Part shown: positions 26,260-36,800 of the stretch, piece by piece
How positions within the stretch are numbered: position 1 is the first letter of the stretch
Layout of the letters: every line of letters begins with the position of its first letter
DNA from: Paracoccaceae bacterium
GTDB lineage: Bacteria > Pseudomonadota > Alphaproteobacteria > Rhodobacterales > Rhodobacteraceae
Reading direction: 5' to 3'
NCBI GenBank assembly: GCA_024642725.1
Contig: JAHEAO010000002.1
Coordinates: 8,430-72,429, forward strand
Length of the DNA stretch: 64,000 nucleotides
The notes under the pieces: model-generated
What the model was told of the DNA's origin: nothing
Database searches by the model: none
The model's input: only the letters and a program-made list of their open reading frames with translations
Translations under genes and position numbers: made by a program

Positions 26260-27180
26260 TCAACCCCCCGGCGTCATGGCCTTGCGTTGCTTCTCACGCT
26301 CAAGCCCCAGCTGGCGCTCGCGGAAGATGATGATCACCCCGGCCAGTATGATCAACAGCGCCCCGGCAAGCGTGGTTAACGTCGGCACCTCTCCGAACAC
26401 GAAATACCCGGATCCGATTGCCAGCAGCATCGACGCATATTCGAACGGCGCAATGACAGACACGTCCGCAAAACGATAGGCCGAGGTCAGCAAGATCTGC
26501 CCGACACCGCCCAGCAAGCCTGCCGCCACCAGCATCGCCAAGACGGAACCTGACGGCATGACCCAGCCATAAGGCAAGGTCAGCAGCGACAGGCAGGTGG
26601 CCGAGACCGAGAAATAAAAGACGATGGCGGCGGTTGTCTCTTGCTGCACGAGCTTGCGCACGAAGACCTGCGCCAGAGCCGCGAACAGCGCCGAGCCCAG
26701 CACCAGGATCGCGCCCAGTGTCTCCCGGACATCGGCCGTTTCCAGAACCGTCATCCTTGGCGACAGAACGATCAGAACCCCGACTAGGCCCAGCGCGACT
26801 GCCGAGAGACGGTAGATGCGCACCTGCTCTCCCAGAAACATCGCCGCCAGCACCACCACCAGCAACGGCGCGGCATAGCCGATGGCCGTGACTTCAGGCA
26901 GTGGCAACAGCCCGAGTCCGGCGAACCCAAGACCCATCGCGCAGGTCCCCACAAGGCCGCGCCAGACATGTGACATCGGCTGCGCCGTCTTCAATCCGTC
27001 GTGCAGATGACCCGTCATTGACAGCCAGACGACAATGACGGGGATGGCAAAGAACGACCGGAAAAACACGGCCTGACCAGGTGGCACGCCTTCCCCGGCA
27101 GATGCCTTGATCAGGCTCGCCATCGCCACGAAAACCGCGACCGATGCCACCTTGAAGAAGATACCGTGCAGGGGGTTCAT
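26260..27180 (-). CDS. DMT superfamily (EamA-type) transporter
   Basis: A 306-aa protein with ten hydrophobic segments in two EamA-like halves. Confidence 0.75.
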   Translation of the reverse strand: MNPLHGIFFKVASVAVFVAMASLIKASAGEGVPPGQAVFFRSFFAIPVIVVWLSMTGHLHDGLKTAQPMSHVWRGLVGTCAMGLGFAGLGLLPLPEVTAIGYAAPLLVVVLAAMFLGEQVRIYRLSAVALGLVGVLIVLSPRMTVLETADVRETLGAILVLGSALFAALAQVFVRKLVQQETTAAIVFYFSVSATCLSLLTLPYGWVMPSGSVLAMLVAAGLLGGVGQILLTSAYRFADVSVIAPFEYASMLLAIGSGYFVFGEVPTLTTLAGALLIILAGVIIIFRERQLGLEREKQRKAMTPGG

Positions 27181-27323
27181 TGCGTTTCCTGGTTCGTCAT
27201 GGCCACCCTATCGAGCGGCGCGCCAAAGGCAAACCGCGAATCTGGCCGCAAATGGCCTGCTGACCTTGAGCCCGATCAGTAACCCACTATGCTGGCCCGG
27301 AACCCAGAACAAAGGCCCTCGAA

Positions 27324-28091
27324 ATGACCCATCCCCTCTTTGACCTCACCGGCAAGACCGCGCTGGTTACCGGCTCTTCGCAAGGCATCGGACAATCGAT
27401 TGCCACCGGTCTTGCCTCTGCCGGGGCCACGATTGTCATGAATGGTCGTTCGGAAGGCAAACTCGCGCTTGCCGCGCAGGCCCTGCGCGATACGGGCGCC
27501 ACCGTGCACGAATTGGCCTTCGATGTCACCGATCATCACGCCACCCGCGCCGCCATCGACCGGTTCGAAGCGGAAACAGGCGCCATCGACATCCTCGTGA
27601 ACAACGCGGGAATGCAGCATCGCACCGCGCTGGAGGATTTCCCGATCGACGCCTTCGAGCGGCTGATGACCACAAATGTCACGTCCGTATTCAACGTCGG
27701 TCAGGCGGTCGCGCGTCACATGATCCGGCGCGGCGAAGGCAGGATCATCAACATCGCCTCGATCCAGACCGCCCTCGCGCGCCCCGGCATTGCACCCTAC
27801 ACCGCCTCGAAAGGCGCGGTTTCGAACCTGACAAAGGGCATGGCGACGGATTGGGGGCCGAAGGGGGTCAACACCAATGCCATCGCGCCGGGCTATTTCG
27901 ATACACCCCTGAACGCCGCGCTGGTCGCGGATGCGGAATTCTCGGCATGGATCGGCAAACGCACGCCTCTGGGCCGCTGGGGCAGGCTCGAAGAATTGCA
28001 GGGCGCTGCGATTTTCCTTGCCTCGGGGGCAGCCACCTATGTCAACGGCCAGACGCTCTTTGTCGATGGCGGCATGTCCAGCTGCCTCTAA
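27324..28091 (+). CDS. short-chain dehydrogenase/reductase (gluconate-5-dehydrogenase-like)
   Basis: TGSSQGIG cofactor motif, NNAG, and the catalytic Y-x3-K (YTASKGAV). Length is 255 aa. Confidence 0.85.
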   Translation: MTHPLFDLTGKTALVTGSSQGIGQSIATGLASAGATIVMNGRSEGKLALAAQALRDTGATVHELAFDVTDHHATRAAIDRFEAETGAIDILVNNAGMQHRTALEDFPIDAFERLMTTNVTSVFNVGQAVARHMIRRGEGRIINIASIQTALARPGIAPYTASKGAVSNLTKGMATDWGPKGVNTNAIAPGYFDTPLNAALVADAEFSAWIGKRTPLGRWGRLEELQGAAIFLASGAATYVNGQTLFVDGGMSSCL

Positions 28092-28129
28092 ACCCCTTGA
28101 TCAGAGCCTGTTTTGTACAGTCCCGGCTC

Positions 28130-28318
28130 TCAGGCCCTGCGACCGCGCTCGATCTCCAGATAGGCCTTTACCCGAGCCGTCGATTCCCGAGACTCCGGCC
28201 GTGTCTGCAAGATCTTGCTGGCCTCACTCGGGCGCTCCTCGCGTTCGATCCGCGTAAAGTTGCGGACCCGGGCTGACCCCGGTTCGGAATGATCCCTGTC
28301 AGCAATATGGCGTGTCAT
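28130..28318 (-). CDS. small highly charged hypothetical protein (62 aa)
   Basis: A very strong SD, AAGGAGGT, lies 5 nt before ATG 28318. The protein is MTRHIADRDHSEPGSARVRNFTRIEREERPSEASKILQTRPESRESTARVKAYLEIERGRRA. It occupies an otherwise empty 340-nt gap. Confidence 0.45.
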   Translation of the reverse strand: MTRHIADRDHSEPGSARVRNFTRIEREERPSEASKILQTRPESRESTARVKAYLEIERGRRA

Positions 28319-28434
28319 TGCGCACCTCCTTCTCATGGCGGTAACGACAGCTTATCACGCCAACGCCATGGAACCAAACCCCGCGCCTTCGTTTCCCGAT
28401 GGACAAGGCGTCAAGCGGCTCATAGCGTCCGCAC

Positions 28435-29646
28435 ATGAACGCCGCAGACTTTCTTGACAGCCGCTATTCGTGGTTCCGCCTCGGGATCACGCTTCTGATC
28501 GCAACGGTCGGAAATGTCGGCATGTGGGCGATCATCGTCATCATGCCAGCGGTTCAGGCCGAATTCGGCATCGACAGGGCCGGCGCCTCTTTCCCCTATA
28601 CGATGACGATGGTCGGCTTCGCGCTGGGGAATTTCCTGATCGGACGCGCCGTAGACCGCTTCGGCATCACGGTCGCATTGTCCGGGGCAGCGCTTTCCAT
28701 TGCTGCGGGCTACGGCCTTGCCGCAATAAGCCCCTCGGTGCAGACGCTGGCCATGGTCCAGATCCTGATCGGTTTTGGAACCGCGGCCAGTTTCGGACCG
28801 CTGATCGCAGATATCTCGCACTGGTTCCAGAGCAAGCGCGGCATTGCCGTCGCCATCGCAGCATCGGGAAATTATCTGTCCGGGGCCATCTGGCCGATGC
28901 TTCTGGGCGGCCTTCTGACCGAAACAAGCTGGCGTACTGTCTATGTCGCACTCGCGGCGATCACCTTGGCCACCGTCATTCCGCTCTCCCTCCTGCTGCG
29001 CCGAAAGGTGCCAGAGGAACCCGACCTGCCCAGTGCAGCCTCGCGAATTCTGCCCCGCGCGATCAGCTTTACGCCGACTCAGCTGCAATGGCTGCTGGCG
29101 TTGGCCGGCGTAGGCTGTTGCGTCGCCATGTCGATGCCGCAGGTCCACATCGTGTCGTTTTGCGTCGACCTTGGCTACGGCCCGGCCGTCGGCTCGCAGA
29201 TGCTGTCGCTGATGCTGATGGGGGGTGTCGTGTCCCGCCTGGTCTCCGGTCTCGTCGCCGACCGGCTCGGTGGTGTGAAGACCCTCCTGATCGGATCGAC
29301 GCTGCAATGCATCGCGCTGTTTCTCTACCTGCCGTTCGACGGCATGGTCTCGCTTTACGTGGTCAGCCTCGTCTTCGGCCTGTCGCAGGGAGGGATCGTG
29401 CCAAGCTATGCCCTGATCGTCCGTGAATACTTGCCCGCGAAAGAGGCCGGCGCCCGGGTCGGCTTCGTGATCATGGCAACCATCTTCGGCATGGCACTTG
29501 GCGGCTGGATGTCAGGCTGGATCTACGATGTCACCGGCAGCTACCACATGGCCTTTCTGAACGGCATAGGGTGGAACTTCCTGAATATCGGGATCATGGT
29601 CCTGATCCTGATGAAGGGCCAGCGCCGCCGTGCGGCGGCGGCCTAG
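28435..29646 (+). CDS. MFS transporter
   Basis: A 403-aa protein with 12 hydrophobic segments and an MFS loop 2-3 motif (GRAVDRFG). Confidence 0.8.
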   Translation: MNAADFLDSRYSWFRLGITLLIATVGNVGMWAIIVIMPAVQAEFGIDRAGASFPYTMTMVGFALGNFLIGRAVDRFGITVALSGAALSIAAGYGLAAISPSVQTLAMVQILIGFGTAASFGPLIADISHWFQSKRGIAVAIAASGNYLSGAIWPMLLGGLLTETSWRTVYVALAAITLATVIPLSLLLRRKVPEEPDLPSAASRILPRAISFTPTQLQWLLALAGVGCCVAMSMPQVHIVSFCVDLGYGPAVGSQMLSLMLMGGVVSRLVSGLVADRLGGVKTLLIGSTLQCIALFLYLPFDGMVSLYVVSLVFGLSQGGIVPSYALIVREYLPAKEAGARVGFVIMATIFGMALGGWMSGWIYDVTGSYHMAFLNGIGWNFLNIGIMVLILMKGQRRRAAAA

Positions 29647-30098
29647 CGCAGTCCGGTCTCTTTCAGCAGCCCCTTGCGCTTGGCCTCGTAATAATATCCG
29701 CGCGCGTACCAGCCGACGGCCTCGGCCTGATCGCCATCGGCAACCAGATAGGCACCACGCAGGTATTTCACCCCGTATTTCAGGTTCGTATCGGCATCCA
29801 GAAGATCCTCGGGCTTGCCCCGAAACCCCATCGTCGTCGCCGTCTGCGGCAGGATCTGCATCATCCCGTAATAGGGACCGTTGCGCGCCTTGGGGTTATA
29901 GTCGCTTTCACGCTGCACGACACGGTGCACCAAACTGTGCGGCACATCGTAAAGATCAGCGTATTTGTTGATCAGCCGCCGGACTTCCTGCGTCTCTCCG
30001 GGGTAAAGGCCCCTCGACACTTCGGGTTCGCGCCGCCCGCAGGCAGCAACAGCCCCAAGCAAAAGCACCATCGCGCCACGACGAGAAAAATGGCTCAT
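29643..30098 (-). CDS. lytic transglycosylase (SLT domain) lipoprotein
   Basis: Lipobox LLGAVAAC. The SLT catalytic region is VVQRESDYNPKARNGPYYGMMQILPQTA. The start is taken at the second ATG (30098) because SD aaggag abuts the first. Confidence 0.8.
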   Translation of the reverse strand: MSHFSRRGAMVLLLGAVAACGRREPEVSRGLYPGETQEVRRLINKYADLYDVPHSLVHRVVQRESDYNPKARNGPYYGMMQILPQTATTMGFRGKPEDLLDADTNLKYGVKYLRGAYLVADGDQAEAVGWYARGYYYEAKRKGLLKETGLR

Positions 30099-30128
30099 CC
30101 ACATCTCCTTTCGCCCCCAAAAACGTGT

Positions 30129-31169
30129 CTAATCCGGCGCAACAAGACGCGCAACGGCCCATCGCGCGGCATCGGCAACAACTGGCTCGGCGTCGTCGCA
30201 AAGACCCTGCGCAACCGCCAGATGCGTCGGGTCAGCAGAATTGCCGATTGCGTACAGCACGTTTCGAACGAACCGGTTCCGGCCAATGCGCTTGATCGCT
30301 GAGCCCGAGAACCGCGCCCGGAACCCGGCGTCATCCAGCATCGCCAGTTCCGCGAGCCTTGGCGCACGCAGCCCGCCATCCCCTGCATAACGAAGCTCGT
30401 TCGCGGCAACCGCGAACTTGTTCCACGGACAGACTGCAAGACAATCGTCGCAACCGTATATCCGGTTACCCATCCGGGCCCGCAGTTCAGGCGCCACCGG
30501 CCCGTCGTGCTCGATCGTCAGATAGGAAATGCAGCGCCGCGCATCCAACCGGAACGGTGCCGGAAAGGCATCCGTTGGACAAATGTCCAGACAGGCGCGG
30601 CAGGTTCCGCATTTCTCTGCTTCCGGCGCGTCCGCCGGCAGCTCGAGCGTCGTGAAGATCGCGCCCAGAAAGAACCAGTTGCCCAGCTCCCGGCTCAGCA
30701 GGTTGGTGTGCTTGCCCTGCCATCCCAGCCCCGCGGCGGCGGCCAGGGGCTTTTCCATAACCGGTGCGGTATCGACGAAAACCTTGATCTCGCCACCCGC
30801 TTCCTGCAACAGCCATCGCCCAACTCGCTTCAGCCGCTTCTTGACGATATCGTGGTAATCCCGACCCTGTGCGTAGACCGAAACCGCCCCGCGGTCACGC
30901 ATGTCCAGCACCTCCAGCGGATCATGCGCCGGCGTGTAGGCCTCGGCGAGCATCACCACCGACCGCGCCTCGGGCCAAAGCGCCGTCGGATCGCCCCGCC
31001 AGCCCATCCGCTCGGCCATCCAGCCCATCTGCCCGTGATACCCGGCCCCGACAAATCCGGCCAACCGCCCCGCCGCCTCAGGGATCGCATCCGGTCGTGT
31101 CACGCCCAGGGCCGAAAACCCTTCGGCCAGCGCTTGCTCGACCAGTCGCGCCTTCAGCTCCGCGCTCAC
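30129..31169 (-). CDS. queG: tRNA epoxyqueuosine(34) reductase
   Basis: The ferredoxin-type cluster is [15 protein letters not shown] plus [15 protein letters not shown]-like C-terminus. GTG start with SD ggagg. Confidence 0.85.
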   Translation of the reverse strand: MSAELKARLVEQALAEGFSALGVTRPDAIPEAAGRLAGFVGAGYHGQMGWMAERMGWRGDPTALWPEARSVVMLAEAYTPAHDPLEVLDMRDRGAVSVYAQGRDYHDIVKKRLKRVGRWLLQEAGGEIKVFVDTAPVMEKPLAAAAGLGWQGKHTNLLSRELGNWFFLGAIFTTLELPADAPEAEKCGTCRACLDICPTDAFPAPFRLDARRCISYLTIEHDGPVAPELRARMGNRIYGCDDCLAVCPWNKFAVAANELRYAGDGGLRAPRLAELAMLDDAGFRARFSGSAIKRIGRNRFVRNVLYAIGNSADPTHLAVAQGLCDDAEPVVADAARWAVARLVAPD

Positions 31170-31248
31170 GCAAAGCCTCCGTCTTCTGTTAAGAAATATC
31201 CTCGGGGGGTCCGGGGGGCAGACAGCCCCACGCGCCGGCCCGCATCAC

Positions 31249-31920
31249 TCAAAAATCCAGATCCGAATAATGCGCGGGCGGGCGAAATCCTGCCACCTGA
31301 TCGGCCAGGATCGACCGGAAGGCCGGCCGGGACTTGATCTTCGCGTACCAGTCCTTGACGTTGCCGTTCCGGTGCCAATCGACATCGCTGATGTAGTCCA
31401 GAGACGACAGATGCGCGGCCGCCGCGAAATCCGCCAGCGTCATCACGTCACCTGCCAGCCAGCGCCGCTGATCCAGCAGCCATCCCATGTAATCCAGATG
31501 GTACTTGATCGCCTTGGCGCCAGCCTTCACATTGCCCGAATCCGGATAACCGCGCCCCATCACCTTCTTGTTCACCCGTTCGTACAGAAGCTTCGATGTC
31601 ACCTCGTGATGGAACTTGTCATCGAACCAGCTGACGATCCGGCGCACCTCGAAACGGCCCTCGGGCGTCTTCGGCATCAGCGCCGGCTCCGGGTATCGCT
31701 CTTCGATGTATTCGCAGATCGCGGCACTTTCGGCCAGCATCCGCCCGTCCATCTTCAGGACAGGCACCTTGCCGGCCGGATTGCGGCGCATGAAATCAGG
31801 GTCCTGTTCCCAGTATCTCTCTTCAACCAGCTCGACCTCCAGCTTCTTCTCGGCCAGCGACAGGCGCACCTTGCGGCAGAAAGGGGACAGGGGAACGTGG
31901 AACAGTCGGATCATCGTCAT
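31249..31920 (-). CDS. glutathione S-transferase
   Basis: The N-terminal thioredoxin-like GST fold is LFHVPLSPFCRKVRLSLAEK ... GKVPVL. The C-terminal domain is helical. Confidence 0.85.
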   Translation of the reverse strand: MTMIRLFHVPLSPFCRKVRLSLAEKKLEVELVEERYWEQDPDFMRRNPAGKVPVLKMDGRMLAESAAICEYIEERYPEPALMPKTPEGRFEVRRIVSWFDDKFHHEVTSKLLYERVNKKVMGRGYPDSGNVKAGAKAIKYHLDYMGWLLDQRRWLAGDVMTLADFAAAAHLSSLDYISDVDWHRNGNVKDWYAKIKSRPAFRSILADQVAGFRPPAHYSDLDF

Positions 31921-31969
31921 ATCGGCTTTCGCGGATTTTCACCCTCAATGCCGCTTTGCGGCGGTGATT

Positions 31970-32740
31970 TCAACTCTCGAAACACGCCGCGCGGCCGTCT
32001 GCGGCGATTGTCGCCGCGCCATCGGCGATTGCCGCCGCCCTGCCGCGCACGAATGACGTTGGTTTTGCCGCCGAACGCTTCTTGGGGCTCGGCAGAACCG
32101 CCGCCAGCCGCGCCGCCTGCACTGCGGTCAACTCGCCCGGTCCGACCCTGAAATAGCTCCGCGCCGCCGCTTCCACTCCGAACACGCCCTCGCCGAATTC
32201 AGCGACGTTCAGATAGACCTCAAGGATGCGGCGCTTCGACCAGACCAGCTCCACCAGCGGTGTCATCACCGCTTCAAGCGCCTTGCGCATCCAGCTTCGC
32301 CCCTGCCAGAGATAGGCATTCTTCACGACCTGCTGCGTGATCGTCGACGCCCCGCGACCGGACCCATCCTCCAGCGCGTCCCGGATCGCGGCCATGTCGA
32401 ACCCCCAGTGCAGGCAGAAATTCGCATCCTCCCCGGCCACGACCGACCGGGCCATCACGGGCGCGATCTCTTCGAAATCGACCCAGATCTGATCAACGCC
32501 CCCCAACCGCCGCGCTTCGGCGGACATATAGGGCGTGCCCGGAGGATTGAAGACCGCATAGCCAAGGACTGCGAGAAACAGCAGGGCCACCAGTGCCAGC
32601 GCACCGCGCAACGCCCATTTCAAGGCAAGTCGTACGGGCCGCTGCCGCGCCGGTTTAGAGGCTTTACCCTTGCCCGAGGTTTTCTTTTTGCTTGCCTGTG
32701 CCACGACCGCCAATAGCCACGTCCCGGCCAACCCGGTCAA
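31970..32740 (-). CDS. mtgA: monofunctional biosynthetic peptidoglycan transglycosylase
   Basis: GT51 motifs EDANFCLHWGFD, GASTITQQVVKN and RKALEAVMTPLVELVWSKRRILEVYLNVAEFG. The start codon is uncertain; the ORF-track start is a TTG. Confidence 0.85.
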   Translation of the reverse strand: MTGLAGTWLLAVVAQASKKKTSGKGKASKPARQRPVRLALKWALRGALALVALLFLAVLGYAVFNPPGTPYMSAEARRLGGVDQIWVDFEEIAPVMARSVVAGEDANFCLHWGFDMAAIRDALEDGSGRGASTITQQVVKNAYLWQGRSWMRKALEAVMTPLVELVWSKRRILEVYLNVAEFGEGVFGVEAAARSYFRVGPGELTAVQAARLAAVLPSPKKRSAAKPTSFVRGRAAAIADGAATIAADGRAACFES

Positions 32741-32766
32741 GACCCCGTTTGCCGTGAACCGTCGCG

Positions 32767-33684
32767 TCAGGCGGCGCGCAACACCACCGCGTCATGGAAC
32801 TTGACTGTCTTGCGGGCTGTCTGGACATAGCAGGTCCGGGCACCCGAGAACATCTCCGGGAACAGGGTCTCAAGCTCCTTCCGAATCTCGTCATCCCCTT
32901 GCAGGATCTGTTCGCCGGGAAAGAAGCTTTCGGTCGGCGCGCCGTCAGAGAAAATGACTTCGTGCTGGTCGAAAAGAATATGGAAATACTCGACCGTATC
33001 GACCGGATCGACGAAAACCTTATCTCCGTCCACCAGATGCTTGGCCGGAACCAGCAGTTCGCTGTCGCCAAAGTAGAGCTCTGCACGCCAGCCCCGGACC
33101 AGAATGCGGTGCATCGGCGAGACCACAAGGTCGCGGACATTTCCGACCGCCCCGGCCTTGAACCGGATCGGCGCGAAAGCGCGCGTTCCCGGAACCTCGC
33201 GCCGCCCGATCCAGCGGATCGGCCGCAGCCCGCTGTCCATGGTCTGGACCACATCGCCGACCTGAAGGTCCTCGACCGCAACCTCGCCGCGCACGGTGGC
33301 AATCCTGGTTCCGGCGGCAAAGCACGGTGGGCCAAGCTGACCGACAGTGATCTGACCCTGACCCGTCACATAGGTCGAACTCACAAAAGTCGCGGGGTCA
33401 AGATTGGTGCCGTCGGTCGGGGTGAACACCCGCCTTCCGTCAGCAAGATAGAATGTCACGCCCGTGATGGTAACGGTTGACCCGTTCATGTTGACGGTAA
33501 TCGTGTCACCGGGCCATTCGCTGGTGATGTCGCTGCCGTCAACCGAATCCGTCCCACTCGCCGAAATCCGGTTGTTGTTGTTCTGATCGACGATGTTCAG
33601 GAACACCTTGGTCAGACTCGTCCCGGCGGCCGGAGGATTGGCCGGGTCGATGACGTAGAACTGGTCTGGGTATGTGGTCGGCAT
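32767..33684 (-). CDS. Hint (Hedgehog/intein-like) domain-containing protein
   Basis: The Hint module starts at CFAAGTRIATVRGEVAVEDLQVGDVVQTMD and continues ...RDLVVSPMHRILV...YFHILFDQHEVIFSDGAPTESF. It is preceded by a roughly 125-aa unassigned N-terminal domain. Confidence 0.8.
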   Translation of the reverse strand: MPTTYPDQFYVIDPANPPAAGTSLTKVFLNIVDQNNNNRISASGTDSVDGSDITSEWPGDTITVNMNGSTVTITGVTFYLADGRRVFTPTDGTNLDPATFVSSTYVTGQGQITVGQLGPPCFAAGTRIATVRGEVAVEDLQVGDVVQTMDSGLRPIRWIGRREVPGTRAFAPIRFKAGAVGNVRDLVVSPMHRILVRGWRAELYFGDSELLVPAKHLVDGDKVFVDPVDTVEYFHILFDQHEVIFSDGAPTESFFPGEQILQGDDEIRKELETLFPEMFSGARTCYVQTARKTVKFHDAVVLRAA

Positions 33685-33828
33685 CTGGTCACCAATTACT
33701 GTCTTTGGATCTTAGATTAACGGGGAAAAATGACCAAAGCTTTCCATAACCTCGTTGTTTTTGGGCGGGCAACCGGCAGAACCCGCCTAAATGTGGCAGG
33801 TTCTGCATCAACCTTTAATTGAATGCCG

Positions 33829-36800
33829 CTATTCTGCGGGCATCGCACCGGCTTCGCGGGTCAGGGGATGCGCCAGATGCGGCAGCATCTCTTTCGGGCA
33901 GACTTGCAGGAAGAACCGCCGTTCCGAACCCCAGTCGTTCAGGATCTCACGGGCCCTCTGGCTGCCGGTTTCCGCGGCATGACGCTCTATCAGACCCTTT
34001 AGCTGGTTTTCCCAATGCGGCACCGTGACCGGGCAGGTTACCAGCGTTTCAAGGTTCAGATAGTCCTGGTTTACGCCCTTCGGATCATAGAGATAAGCCA
34101 TTCCGCCGGTCATCCCCGCTCCGAAGTTCGCGCCGATTTGCCCAAGGATGACCGCAACGCCACCGGTCATGTACTCGCAACCGTTCGAACCGCAGCCTTC
34201 AATGACGACCTTGGCGCCAGAGTTGCGCACGGCAAACCTTTCGCCGGCCCGACCCGCCGCGAACAGAAACCCGTCCGTCGCACCGTACAGCACGGTATTC
34301 CCTATGATTGTATTGTCGCTGGCGATCAGCGGTGAATGCATCGGCGGGCGGACCACAATCGTGCCGCCCGACAGTCCTTTTCCGACATAGTCATTGGCAT
34401 CGCCCGAAACCTCCAGTTTCAATCCCGGTGCCGCAAAAGCACCCAGCGACTGCCCCGCCGATCCGGTCAGTTTCACCGTCAGGTGGTCGGGCTGCAGCTT
34501 GTTCCGCATCCCGAATTTCTGAACGATGTGGCTGCTGGTGCGCGTGCCGATGGTCCGGTGCGTATTGCGCACGGCATAGGACAGCTGCATCTTTTCGCCG
34601 TCCTGAAGGAAGCGCGCCGCGTCGTTCACGATCTCCGCGTCCAGCGTATCGGGTACCGCGTTGCGCGGCTTGGACCGGTCATAGACGATCCTGTCGGCCC
34701 CATCGACCGTGATCAGCAGCGGGTTCAGGTCCAGATCGTCAAGATGCGCCGATCCGCGCGAAACCTGTGTCAGCAGGTCTGCGCGTCCGATGATCTCATC
34801 CAGAGACCGCGCGCCGATGCTGGCCAAAATCTCGCGCACTTCCTGCGCATAGAACGTGATGAGATTGACGACCTTTTCGGCGTTGCCGGTGAATTTCTCC
34901 CGCAGCTTGGGGTCCTGCGTGCAGACCCCGACCGGGCAGGTGTTCGACTGGCACTGGCGCACCATGATGCAGCCCATCGCGATCAGCGCCGCGGTGCCGA
35001 TGCCGTATTCCTCGGCCCCCATCATCGCAGCCATGACAATGTCGCGCCCGGTCCGCAAACCGCCATCGGTGCGCAGGGTGATCCGTTCGCGCAGGTTGTT
35101 CATGGCCAGAACCTGATGCGCCTCGGTCAGTCCCATTTCCCAAGGCAGACCCGCATATTTGATGCTTGTGGCCGGGCTGGCCCCGGTGCCACCGTTATGG
35201 CCCGAGATCAGGATAACGTCGGCCTTGGCCTTTGCCACGCCCGCCGCAATCGTGCCAACGCCCGAGGCGGCCACCAGCTTGACTGTCACCTTGGCGCGCG
35301 GGTTGATCTGTTTCAGATCGTAGATCAACTGCGCAAGGTCCTCGATCGAATAGATGTCGTGGTGCGGTGGCGGGCTGATCAGCATCACGCCCGGCGTCGA
35401 ATGCCGCAGCCGTGCGATCAGCTCGGTGACCTTCATCCCCGGCAGCTGGCCGCCCTCGCCGGGCTTGGCGCCCTGCGCTACCTTGATCTCCAACTCTTCA
35501 CAGTTGTTCAGGTACTCGGCGGTCACACCAAAGCGTCCCGACGCCACCTGCTTGATTTTTGCGGACGGGTTGTCCCCGTTGGGTTCCGGCAGGAAGTGCG
35601 CCGGGTCCTCGCCACCCTCGCCGCTGTCCGATTTCGCGCCGATCCTGTTCATTGCCACGTTCAGCGTCTTATGCGCTTCAGGCGACAGCGCCCCAAGGCT
35701 CATCCCCGGTGTCACGAACCGCTTGCGGATCGAAGTGATGCTTTCCACCTCTTCGATCGGCACCGGATTGCCAATCGGCTTGATGTCCAGAAGGTCGCGC
35801 AGATGCAGCGGCGGCATCGACCTCATCTTGGCGGAATATTGCTTCCACATCTCGAAAGAGGCCCTGTCACAGGCCGATTGCAACATGTGCATCGACTGCG
35901 CTTCCCAGGCGTGAGTTTCCCCCTTCGCCCGGGCCTTGTAGAACCCGCCGATGGGCAACACATCAGTGCCCGTCGTCCAGCCGCGCGCGTGAACCTGCGT
36001 CGCCTTGCGCTGGATGCCCGAAACGCCGATCCCCGATATCCGGCTGTGCATGCCGGGGAAATACTCGGCAACCATGGCCCGGCTCAGACCGACCGCTTCA
36101 AAGTTCAGCCCGCCGCGATAGCTGGAAATCACGCTGATCCCCATCTTCGCCATGATCTTCAGCAGTCCGGCATCAATCGCATCCCGATAGCGCCGCATCG
36201 CATCCAAGAGACTGCCCTCGATCAGCCCCCGCTCGACCCGGTCGCTGATCGTGTCCTGCGCGAGATAAGGGTTGACCGTCGTCGCCCCCGCGCCGATCAG
36301 CACGGCGAAATAATGCGTGTCGATACATTCTGCCGACCGCACGTTGAGCGAACAGAAGGTCCGCAGACCCTTGCGCGTCAGCCAGCTATGCACAGCCGAC
36401 GTCGCCAGAATCATCGGAATAGACACTTTCTTGACCGACTGATGCTCATCGGTCAGCACCAGATGGCCGGCCCCGGACCGGACCGCGTCTTCGGCCTCGG
36501 CGCGGATTCGTTCCAGCCCGCGGGCCAGCGCGTCCGCCCCGTCATCGGTGAAGGTACAATCGATGAAGGCGACGTTGGTGTCGAACTGCCGGACCATCTC
36601 GTCAAACTCGGCATTGGCGATGAACGGGCTCTCCAGAACCAGAATTTCCGTCTGGCTGGAATCCTCGTCCAGCACGTTCTTGAGGTTGCCGAACCGCGTC
36701 TTCAGGCTCATCACCCGGGTTTCGCGCAAGCTGTCGATCGGCGGGTTCGTCACCTGGCTGAAGTTCTGCCGGAAGAAATGGCTCAGCGGCCGGTATTTCG

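Noticed and set aside
28420-29426. 295-aa minus-strand and 318-aa plus-strand ORFs overlapping the MFS transporter gene
   Set aside because: Both are alternative-frame or antisense shadows (Arg/Gly/Pro/Asp-rich). The 28435-29646 frame gives a coherent 12-TM protein.
30507-31337. 276-aa plus-strand ORF
   Set aside because: It is antisense to queG and to part of the GST gene region, with Arg/Pro/Gln-rich shadow composition.
32664-33335. 223-aa minus-strand ORF overlapping the Hint gene and the mtgA start
   Set aside because: It is an alternative frame of a gene whose main frame has clear Hint-domain motifs. The composition is Arg/Ser/Pro-rich.
33740-33800. Hairpin gggcgg...cccgcc downstream of gltB, considered as its intrinsic terminator
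   Set aside because: On the gltB (minus) transcript the stem is followed by an A-rich tract rather than a U-rich one. The stem is only 6 bp, so the evidence is too weak to call.
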